Below, piece by piece: positions 16,412-24,325 of a stretch of 32,000 bases of DNA. Location: assembly GCF_003231495.1 (NCBI RefSeq), contig NZ_PQWO01000008.1, positions 1-32,000 of the forward strand. The letters are read 5' to 3'. How positions within the stretch are numbered: the first letter of the stretch is position 1; the number at the start of each line of letters is the position of its first letter. Made by a program: the position numbers and the translations under genes. This stretch comes from Acaryochloris thomasi RCC1774. GTDB taxonomy: Bacteria; Cyanobacteriota; Cyanobacteriia; Thermosynechococcales; Thermosynechococcaceae. The notes under the pieces were generated by a model that was not told the DNA's origin, ran no database searches, and saw only the letters and a program-made list of their open reading frames with translations.

Positions 16412-18172
16412 CTAGGAAGCACTTGCTATGTCCTGTAGCAAAGACTGGAATCGCTCCTGCTCAACCAGGGCAAATCCAGGTTCTAGGCGATCACGCTGGG
16501 CTAGGGCAAGACCTTTTTGAGCTTTGCCCTCTGCGGCCTCAGTATTTCCCTCCGCCAGCAGTAGTGCGGCCTCCGCCCTAAGCAAGGTATGTTCCTCAAT
16601 TAGAATGGTCTCTTGAATTTGATCAAACCATTGGCGAGCTAAATCTGATCGCTGACGGATACGAGCTTCAAAGAATGTGCCTTCCAGCAGCAGAGAAGCA
16701 CGCATGAGTTCAGGAAAATAGATAGCCATGCTGAGGATCTGATCTAGATAGTCACCTGCCTGCTGAAGCTCTCCTTGATCCAAGGTCATATGATAGGCAA
16801 TAAGTAGGCTCGATATGTGCGCCATTGAGGTTTCAGGAACGGCTAATAGCGGCTTGATAATGTTTGGATCTATGTCCCGGGGACGAATCCCCTGTTTCAG
16901 GTTGATATGAAATCGATGAAACGCCAAAGATCTTTGGCCTTGTAAATTATTTTGCAGCAGATCTAGTATTTTTCGACCATCTGTCGTTATATATCCCGAT
17001 CTACGAGGGATAAGATTGAAGACAGCAATATAAAAATTAGACATAGAGATAAGTGTGAACCACCAAATAAGGTGATAACGATTCATTAACTCCGGCAGGA
17101 ATAAGGGTATGACACCAATCAGGAAAAGTAAAAATGAGGCGATAGGACCACCTGCCATTAAAAACAGTAATTTTCGCCTTAAACAATGCATTGAACGAGG
17201 TGAAATCCCGACAAAACCTGCGACAAAACGACGACGCATTCGATGAAACTTCATTCCTTGAGAGGTGCGGACCCAAATAAATTTACCAACGGCAAAGCGA
17301 TCTAGCTCAGCTCCGTTGAGCCACCCGAGGAAGAAATGGCCAAGCTCATGGATCAAGACTGAAACATAGCTATAGGTCACGTAAAAAACAAGCAGCAACA
17401 AAGGATCTACGGAAGTTCCTGATGAAGATAAGGGCGGAAGAATCGTGTACCACACTGCCATTAGTAAAAGGGAAAAGAAGCAGGGAAGCAGTCGCCAACG
17501 TCGAGAGTTAGATCCTGGAGGCGTATCGTATGCAGACTGCCTTTGTGATTGAGATGAAGATCCTAGAAATTTATCGCGTTTAGACTTTCTTTTTAGTTGA
17601 GGTGGTATATATTTTTGCTTAGAGATCTGGCGCAGCCCCAAGCTTGTAATCGCACCATAAATGAGACCTCCTGTTAAACTGCCCATCAATGCAGAGATGC
17701 TATGAGACTGCTCCATGTCTCTATAGATAGCCGCGCATATTAGTCCGCCAATAAGAAATCCTGCAGCAAAAGCAATAGGGCCTATGATATTCCAACACCA
17801 TGCAGGCTTAAATCTCTGTCGTAGAATAAACCATTGAATAAGGCTAAAAAACGTTGCGTAAATGACCCCAATAATTACAAGTCCTGGAGATGGAATGCTC
17901 AGAGAGACAAGTCCCAAAAACAGGGGAAATAGGAGGGGAAATAAAGTACTGTTTATAATCCACAGTACTGAAGTCGAGAATTTTCGGCGGAGTATCACCC
18001 ACTGTAGTAAACCAGCCCACAAATGCAAAGATAGTAGGGCCGCTATTCCATAACCTATATAGTGATCGGCTGACAGAAAGTCGCCAATAAAAAAGGGTAC
18101 ACTCCCACCCATCCCATATCCGATGGTGTTACAGATAATCCATCGGAAATAGAAATTACGAGTCAGAGGCAA
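16412..18172 (-). CDS. M50 / site-2-protease-like membrane metalloprotease with an extra N-terminal polytopic module and a C-terminal TPR-like helical domain
   Basis: HELGH (17336..17350, minus strand) and a downstream NLIP…TTDG motif (NxxPxxxxDG type). The N-terminal ~190 aa contain an internal repeat (LLQWVILRRKF…W / LIQWFILRQRF…W). The C-terminus is helical-repeat rich. The start is uncertain: the ORF-track start is TTG, and the next ATG is at codon 21. The DNA is visibly more AT-rich than the flanks. Confidence 0.7.
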   Translation of the reverse strand: MPLTRNFYFRWIICNTIGYGMGGSVPFFIGDFLSADHYIGYGIAALLSLHLWAGLLQWVILRRKFSTSVLWIINSTLFPLLFPLFLGLVSLSIPSPGLVIIGVIYATFFSLIQWFILRQRFKPAWCWNIIGPIAFAAGFLIGGLICAAIYRDMEQSHSISALMGSLTGGLIYGAITSLGLRQISKQKYIPPQLKRKSKRDKFLGSSSQSQRQSAYDTPPGSNSRRWRLLPCFFSLLLMAVWYTILPPLSSSGTSVDPLLLLVFYVTYSYVSVLIHELGHFFLGWLNGAELDRFAVGKFIWVRTSQGMKFHRMRRRFVAGFVGISPRSMHCLRRKLLFLMAGGPIASFLLFLIGVIPLFLPELMNRYHLIWWFTLISMSNFYIAVFNLIPRRSGYITTDGRKILDLLQNNLQGQRSLAFHRFHINLKQGIRPRDIDPNIIKPLLAVPETSMAHISSLLIAYHMTLDQGELQQAGDYLDQILSMAIYFPELMRASLLLEGTFFEARIRQRSDLARQWFDQIQETILIEEHTLLRAEAALLLAEGNTEAAEGKAQKGLALAQRDRLEPGFALVEQERFQSLLQDIASAS

Positions 18173-18517
18173 TGTTTTTTGAGCAGAAGTCTGAGTAATG
18201 GGACTACTCCGTTTGCCGTTATCAGCACGTCGTATTGATGCAAAGGAGCAATGCCTGCTGCTTGCTCAAGCTACCCCATCTCTTTTGGGCATAAAAGCTT
18301 GAGGAGAAACATTCAGAACCGTTTGATATCCAATACACTATCTTTAGAGTGCCCACTTTTACGACTGGTCTACTAGATAGAGCAAGTGGATTATTTGATA
18401 TTAAATTGCTTAAGATTCCACGAGATAATACTGATGAAAACCATAGATTAATGGGTTTAGTTTAGTGATAATAATCAAGCAAGAACGTACTGATTCATGA
18501 AAACAGGTCTAGCAATT

Positions 18518-18673
18518 TCATAAAGCTATCCCGAGGAATCCTGATTTTTTGATCTGTTCGGCTCTATCGATTTCTAAAGCTAATGGGCTTTGCGATCTCA
18601 CCTTTACTGGCTGAGCAATCTCCTGAGTGAATTCGCAGAACACCTTGCGACTATCTTTATCAGTGAGACTCAT
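18518..18673 (-). CDS. Possible 51-aa ORF translationally coupled to the upstream reductase gene
   Basis: The minus-strand ATG (18671..18673) overlaps the TGA stop of the 18670..19881 gene (ATGA). It translates as MSLTDKDSRKVFCEFTQEIAQPVKVRSQSPLALEIDRAEQIKKSGFLGIAL. It is absent from the ORF track, whose shortest listed entry is 60 aa. I recognise no family. Confidence 0.25.
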   Translation of the reverse strand: MSLTDKDSRKVFCEFTQEIAQPVKVRSQSPLALEIDRAEQIKKSGFLGIAL

Positions 18674-19881
18674 ATGGGAACCTCAATCGTTGTTCCAGCC
18701 TGTCGTAATCGATCAGCCAGCACATCACCAAGGCCCGTCGCCGGGGTCAACACACCGCCTCGCTGAGGCCCACCCGGAAGGCGTTCAAAGTCTAGCGCCA
18801 AGGCCAAAGCTGATTCACAGAGAAACTTCACTGTCGAACGATTACCTGGATCGCCCGGATTATAAATCAGGCCCCGATGCTGTCCCCCCTCTTCGTCGAT
18901 AGCTAGCAACTGACAGCGGAACCATCCCTCATCCATTACTTGCTCAGACGGCCCCTCTCCCGGCTGCGGGAAATTGGGCTGCAGTAGTGAGCGGCGTACC
19001 CAAGGTTGCTGCATCATCGCGACCAGTAGGCCAGTCCCTACGGTGGTGACAGTTGCTTTCAGGCCCGATAAAGGCCCCTGAAACACAAGAGATTCTTGGT
19101 ATGTAAATTGAGAACCGTAGGGATCTTGCCATTGAGAGTAAAGAGCGCTGCTGCGACGGACAACTCGCGTGTTGACAGGCCCCATGAAAAAAGGCGCAAC
19201 CCATGCTCCCAGGTCTTGATCATACTGAGACCACTGCAGGTCCTCCGCTGCTGTCTCAGGTCGCACTTCAGGTGGATTGAGCAGATAGGGATCACCCATC
19301 TGTGACCATTGACCTGCATCGATTAAGTTATAGGCAGAAGCTAAAGTACCGCCATTGAAGCCGCCTGCCGCTTCAAAATAGGCTTTGACAACTTTGCAAC
19401 TTTTGCCCAGCTGCTGCAGATAGCGCACCATCAAGTAGGCTCCCAGATCTGAGGGGACAGAATCAAAGCCACAGAGGGGAATAATGCGGGTTCCTTGGGT
19501 TGCGGCCTGTTCGTGATAGGTTTCGATTAAGGAACGGACCCAGGCAGTTTCACCTGTAATATCGACGTAGTGAGTGTGTGAACGCACGCAGGCATCGACC
19601 ATTGCCTGACCGTAAAGCGCGAAGGGGCCTGCGGTTGTTAAAACGATGCGGGTTTGGGTTGCGATCGCATCTGTCCCAACCTGATCTCGGCCATCCGCCA
19701 CCAGAATATCGACCGTTTCACAGCCGACCTTCGTTCTGACAGCTTCTAGCTTTTGGCGATTACGCCCCGCGATCGCCCACTTGAGATGATCCGGCGCATG
19801 GTCTGCAAAATATTGAACCGTCTGCTGCCCTGTAAACCCACTGGCACCATAAAGCACAACATCATAGGTGCGTTCACTCAT
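18670..19881 (-). CDS. Saccharopine dehydrogenase-family NAD(P)-binding protein (trans-acting enoyl-reductase-like)
   Basis: YDVVLYGASGFTGQ Rossmann start, about 400 aa in length, and family-typical motifs GFDS-PSDLG and GG-NGGT. Confidence 0.85.
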   Translation of the reverse strand: MSERTYDVVLYGASGFTGQQTVQYFADHAPDHLKWAIAGRNRQKLEAVRTKVGCETVDILVADGRDQVGTDAIATQTRIVLTTAGPFALYGQAMVDACVRSHTHYVDITGETAWVRSLIETYHEQAATQGTRIIPLCGFDSVPSDLGAYLMVRYLQQLGKSCKVVKAYFEAAGGFNGGTLASAYNLIDAGQWSQMGDPYLLNPPEVRPETAAEDLQWSQYDQDLGAWVAPFFMGPVNTRVVRRSSALYSQWQDPYGSQFTYQESLVFQGPLSGLKATVTTVGTGLLVAMMQQPWVRRSLLQPNFPQPGEGPSEQVMDEGWFRCQLLAIDEEGGQHRGLIYNPGDPGNRSTVKFLCESALALALDFERLPGGPQRGGVLTPATGLGDVLADRLRQAGTTIEVPI

Positions 19882-20068
19882 TCCTAAAGACTATCCTCTC
19901 CATTTTGTTTATGCTTCAACACTAGCGGATTCCTCAATTCGTCGTGCAGCTTTTAGTTCGAGAATTAGACCTTTAAATCATTGGGCGGCAGTCGAGAAAC
20001 CAAGCGCAACTCTTGGCTGGGAATGAATCAAGTAGGATGAGAAAAAGACGCTGCGAAGGCATCTAGCC

Positions 20069-20767
20069 ATGACAACCGCTTTACCCAAAACGAACGCTGC
20101 ACTATCTACGGCGACATCAGCAGCTCCGCTGACAACAGAGATACGGGTTCTTTTAGAAGGGGTAAGTTGGGAAACCTTCGAGCAATTGCTAGAGGAAACC
20201 GGAGACCAACGGCACCAACGTTTTGCCTATCGAGATGGATTGTTGGAAATTATGGTTCCTTTGGCGGGACATGAAGAACCAATTAGGCTCTTCGATCAAT
20301 TATTGGCAGCAATTATTGATGAGCTAGAACTTGAATTCCGAAGCCTTGGCTCGCTGACCATGAAAAATCCTAAGCAGAAAAAGGGACTAGAACCTGATTG
20401 CTGTTTCTATATTCAAAATGAAGCAGTGGTTCGTGGCGTTGATGCTTTAGATTTTGAGGTTCATCCACCTCCCGATTTAGTGATTGAGGTCGATAACAGC
20501 AATTCTTCATTGAACAAGTTCCCGATCTATACAGCTCTCAAGGTTCCAGAAATCTGGCGTTTACGGTATGGCTCAATGACGATCTACCATTTGAATGCCG
20601 AGCAATCAGAGTATAAAACCCAAGATAAAAGTTTGGCGTTTTCGCAGTTGCCGGTGCAGGAGTTACCGCAGTTTGTCGAGCAGGCCAAGAAAATCGGGCA
20701 GCGGGCAGCCGTCCGAGAACTGGCGAAACGGGTCCGGCAGGTGCTAGCAGATTTAGCGAAAGATTAG
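20069..20767 (+). CDS. Uma2-family (DUF820) PD-(D/E)xK endonuclease-like protein
   Basis: …FAYRDGLLEIM-P…, EPDCCFY…, PPDLVIEVDNSNSS and …VPEIWR motifs characteristic of Uma2. Confidence 0.85.
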   Translation: MTTALPKTNAALSTATSAAPLTTEIRVLLEGVSWETFEQLLEETGDQRHQRFAYRDGLLEIMVPLAGHEEPIRLFDQLLAAIIDELELEFRSLGSLTMKNPKQKKGLEPDCCFYIQNEAVVRGVDALDFEVHPPPDLVIEVDNSNSSLNKFPIYTALKVPEIWRLRYGSMTIYHLNAEQSEYKTQDKSLAFSQLPVQELPQFVEQAKKIGQRAAVRELAKRVRQVLADLAKD

Positions 20768-20845
20768 AGAAAAAGACCCTCATGCAATAGACCGCTGGCG
20801 TGAATTGCTATTCTGAGCAAGGTGTGTAGACTATTGTGAGGCTTG

Positions 20846-21874
20846 ATGGGCAGACAGTACCGCGTTGCTGTACTTCCGGGTGAAGGCATCGGCCCTGAAG
20901 TTGTTGATGCAGCTTTAAAAATTTTGTATTTACTCGCAGATCTTGAAGGATTTGAGATCCAGGGAGACTATGGCCTGATCGGTCTACCTGCTCAAGAGAA
21001 GCTAGGCTCTTTTTTCCCTGAGACAACAGCTCAACTTTGCCAAGGCTCTGACGGCATCGTTTTTGGTGCGGTATCGCGGGGAGGGCTGCTAGAGCTGCGT
21101 CAGCATTTTGATTTTTTTATGAATCTGCGCCCGGTGCGATCGCATCCCCATCTTTTCCATAAATCCCCCCTCAAGCCAGAGCTATTGCAAGATGTCGATA
21201 TTCTATTCGTCCGCGAACTCGCCAGCGGTCTCTACTTTGGTCCCGCAGGCAGAGCAACAGATGGATCCTATGGCTATCACACCATGCGCTATAACGATTC
21301 AGAAATTCGGCGGATTGCCAAGGTCGCGCTGCAAAAGGCCCAGGAACGTCGCGGCCATCTGACCGTTGCCCACAAAGAGAATGCCCTGCCCCAGATTCCC
21401 TGGTGCCGTCTAGTGCAGGAGATGGCTCAAGACTTTCCAGATATCACTGTAGAACCAGTCCTGGTGGATAATTTAGCGATGCAGCTTGTGATGCACCCTC
21501 AGGATTTTGATGTGATTCTGGCGGGGAATTTGTTTGGTGATATTTTGAGCGATTTGGGAGGTGCGATCGCAGGTTCCATCGGCTTACTCGGCTCGGCCAG
21601 CTTCAATGAACGAGGATTAGGGCTTTACGAACCTGTTCACGGAACGGCTCCAGACATTGCAGGCAAAGGAATTGGCAATCCATTAGGCATGATTAGTAGT
21701 CTCACAATGATGCTCCAGCACTGGGGAGAACACGCCGCAGCTTCAAGGCTTGCGCAAGTTCAGAACCAGATTTTAGAGCAGGGATACCGCACAGCAGATT
21801 TGTATACAAAGAACCCTCAAGAGAAAAAGGTCAGCACCCAGGACTTAACCTCACTGTTTTGCAAGCGACTTTGA
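20846..21874 (+). CDS. 3-isopropylmalate dehydrogenase-family (beta-decarboxylating) dehydrogenase, divergent paralogue
   Basis: VLPGEGIGPEV, RELASGLYFG, NLFGDILSD and EPVHGTAPDIAGKGIGNP motifs. The segment that normally reads …GAVGGPKWD… is shortened. The ATG at 20846 lies one codon inside the TTG track start. Confidence 0.85.
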   Translation: MGRQYRVAVLPGEGIGPEVVDAALKILYLLADLEGFEIQGDYGLIGLPAQEKLGSFFPETTAQLCQGSDGIVFGAVSRGGLLELRQHFDFFMNLRPVRSHPHLFHKSPLKPELLQDVDILFVRELASGLYFGPAGRATDGSYGYHTMRYNDSEIRRIAKVALQKAQERRGHLTVAHKENALPQIPWCRLVQEMAQDFPDITVEPVLVDNLAMQLVMHPQDFDVILAGNLFGDILSDLGGAIAGSIGLLGSASFNERGLGLYEPVHGTAPDIAGKGIGNPLGMISSLTMMLQHWGEHAAASRLAQVQNQILEQGYRTADLYTKNPQEKKVSTQDLTSLFCKRL

Positions 21875-21927
21875 CACCGCTAAGATAGAAGTCACGAGAG
21901 CAGTATCGTTGTCTGCAGGCAAAGTTT

Positions 21928-22482
21928 ATGATTGCCGTCCCAAACTACATCAGTCCTGAAGAATATCTCGCTATCGAACGGCAAAGTGACATTCGCCATG
22001 AGTATCGCCGTGGTTTGGTGTATGCGATGGCCGGTGGCACAGATAATCACGATCGCATTGCTCTAAATCTTCTGACTCTGATTAATATTCAACTTGGTGA
22101 CTCAGACTGTCGATTTCACTCCGGCAATGTCAAGGTCAATTACCAAGATGAGTTTTATTACTATCCCGATGCATTTGTAACCTGCAATCCAAAAGACCGC
22201 GATGATCGCTATGTTAAGCGCCATCCAAAGCTGATCGTTGAAGTCCTTTCATCCAGCACAAAAATTTTTGATATTGGGAAAAAGTTTGAAGATTATCGAC
22301 GGATTCCAGCCTTAGAGGAGTATGTCTTGATTTCTCAAGAGACTCAGCGGGTGGAATGTCGCCGTCGTATATCTACAGAAGTTTGGGAAACCACTATCTA
22401 TGCAGCAGGGGAACAGGTAGTCCTCAAAAGTATTGGGTTGGAACTTGCGATTTCTGATCTGTATCGCGGTCTTGACGACTAA
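21928..22482 (+). CDS. Uma2-family (DUF820) endonuclease-like protein
   Basis: …EYLAIERQSDIRHEYRRGLVYAMAGG-DNHDRI-LNL… and …PKLIVEVLSSST… motifs. Confidence 0.85.
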   Translation: MIAVPNYISPEEYLAIERQSDIRHEYRRGLVYAMAGGTDNHDRIALNLLTLINIQLGDSDCRFHSGNVKVNYQDEFYYYPDAFVTCNPKDRDDRYVKRHPKLIVEVLSSSTKIFDIGKKFEDYRRIPALEEYVLISQETQRVECRRRISTEVWETTIYAAGEQVVLKSIGLELAISDLYRGLDD

Positions 22483-22585
22483 GAAGTGTTCTGTTGTATT
22501 TATTTCTTCTGAGCCGATGCATCCCAATGGCAGCCTCTGCTGCATGGCTTACTATTGAGGACATGCCCCAAACGAGAAGTGAGGT

Positions 22586-24313
22586 ATGACAAAGGAAAAA
22601 GTCCTGCAGCTTGGTAATGATATCAATACCGATGACATTATCCCAGCAAAACGCGGCACCAATGGCGATCCAGGCCATTTAAAGCGCTATGTACTGGAGC
22701 ATTTGATTGGTGTTGATCAACTTCTGCAGTATGACGTGATTGAAGCTGGTGAGAATTTTGGTTGCGGTTCCAGTCGAGAGTATGCACCTCTGGCGATTCA
22801 GGCAGCAGGCATCAAAGAAGTCCGGGCGCGATCCTTTGCGGAGATTTTCTATCGCAACAGTATCAATATTGGTTTGCCGCTAGAAACCTTTGCTGAACAG
22901 AGCCAAGATCCAGTCGTAACTGCTATTACCGAGGCAGGGGGATTATTCCCGTTCAACAAACAGCGACAACGAGGGGAGGTCCAACTTCCGAAAGGGAAAA
23001 CGCTGCCGCGACCGATGACGATGGCAGAGAAGATGCTGGCGCAGGCTTCAGGCAATGCCTACGTGAAGCCTGGAGAACTTGTGTTTGCTCAGGTGGATTT
23101 GGCGATGTCCCATGATGCGATCGCAGGTCCAGTGGCAGCCCTCTTCCATCAACATTTTGGTGCAGACGTAAAGGTTTGGGATCCGCAAAAGCTAGTGCTG
23201 GTGGCCGATCACTTCATTCAGATCAACGACATTAGGCCGGATACGGGTGCGCCAACGATGTATAAAAACATGGTTGCCTTTGCCCAAGAACAGAACTGTC
23301 ACCTCCTTGACATGGTGTCCCCCGGTGAAGCCGCAGGCATCTGTCATGTTCTACTGCCAGAACAGGGGTTTATTCGCCCCGGCATGATTGTGGCAGGGAC
23401 AGATTCCCATAGTTGCACCTACGGGGCCTTTGGAGCGTTTTCAACCGGCGTTGGCTCCACCGATATGGCCAACCTGTTTGCAATGGGCGATCTGTGGATC
23501 CGGGTGCCCGCAACGATCTTGATTGAGCTATCGGGAACGCTGCCCACCGGGGTCAGCGCTAAGGACATTATGCTTTTCATCTTGGGGCAGATCGGCTGTA
23601 GCGGCGCAACCAGTAAAGTGCTGGAGTTCCGTGGCTCAATCATTACTCAGTTGCCGATGGATGAGCGCATGACCCTCGCCAATATGGCGATTGAGTGCGG
23701 TGCCATGTGTGGACTCATTGCCCCCGACCAAGTGACAGAGCAATACGTCAAACAGCAGACGTCAGAGCCATTTGAGACAGTATTAAGTGATTTTGAGGCC
23801 GAATTTGAGCAGGTCTATCGCTTTGATCTGTCGGCGCTAGAACCACAGGTGGCGCGTCCGCCAAAGCCCGATCAGGTGGTGGACATCGGTGCGCTCGGAG
23901 ATGTGCCGATCACGCGAGCCTTTATCGGTTCCTGCACAGGGGGCAAGCTGCATGATTTAGAGCAGGCGGCGGCAGTATACAGCGCTCCAAGATCAGATGG
24001 GAAACAGCGCAGGATTAGCCCCGATGTACAGCTCTTTGTCGTGCCAGCATCTCAGGCAGTCCGGCATAAAGCAGAAGCTTTAGGCTATTTACAAACCCTG
24101 GAGCAGGCGGGTGCGCAGATTCTTAAATCAGGTTGCGGAGCCTGTATAAATGCGGGTGCAGGAACATTGGGCCGTAAAGAAACGGGAATTTATGCGACAA
24201 ATCGCAATTTTAAGGGGCGCAGTGGTGATCCCAGTGCCTATAATTATCTTGCATCTCCAAGGGTTGTGGCGATTTCAGCCCTGCGAGGCAAAATTACGGA
24301 CCAGCTCGATTGA
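22586..24313 (+). CDS. Aconitase-family dehydratase: LeuD-like small-subunit domain fused N-terminally to a LeuC-like large-subunit domain
   Basis: aa 1-~120: GNDINTDDIIPA, GENFGCGSSREYA and FYRNSINIGLP (LeuD/swivel domain). From about aa 144: MTMAEKML…VDLAMSHD…, GTDSHSCTYGA, IGSCTGG and GCGACINAG (LeuC/HacA type, with all three Fe-S Cys contexts). Confidence 0.85.
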   Translation: MTKEKVLQLGNDINTDDIIPAKRGTNGDPGHLKRYVLEHLIGVDQLLQYDVIEAGENFGCGSSREYAPLAIQAAGIKEVRARSFAEIFYRNSINIGLPLETFAEQSQDPVVTAITEAGGLFPFNKQRQRGEVQLPKGKTLPRPMTMAEKMLAQASGNAYVKPGELVFAQVDLAMSHDAIAGPVAALFHQHFGADVKVWDPQKLVLVADHFIQINDIRPDTGAPTMYKNMVAFAQEQNCHLLDMVSPGEAAGICHVLLPEQGFIRPGMIVAGTDSHSCTYGAFGAFSTGVGSTDMANLFAMGDLWIRVPATILIELSGTLPTGVSAKDIMLFILGQIGCSGATSKVLEFRGSIITQLPMDERMTLANMAIECGAMCGLIAPDQVTEQYVKQQTSEPFETVLSDFEAEFEQVYRFDLSALEPQVARPPKPDQVVDIGALGDVPITRAFIGSCTGGKLHDLEQAAAVYSAPRSDGKQRRISPDVQLFVVPASQAVRHKAEALGYLQTLEQAGAQILKSGCGACINAGAGTLGRKETGIYATNRNFKGRSGDPSAYNYLASPRVVAISALRGKITDQLD

Positions 24314-24325
24314 GGTGTAAGGTTC

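Noticed and set aside
18627-18902. A 91-aa plus-strand ORF.
   Set aside because: It mostly overlaps the 3' end of the strongly supported saccharopine-dehydrogenase-family gene on the opposite strand, and its translation is Pro/Ser/His-rich.
20846-24313. Simply annotating the genes as housekeeping leuB and leuCD.
   Set aside because: I did not adopt this as the primary call because of the permuted single-polypeptide LeuD-LeuC architecture, the shortened IPMDH segment and the tight linkage to a halogenase-like gene. I cannot exclude it without seeing the rest of the genome, and it is stated as the refutation condition in the corresponding finding.
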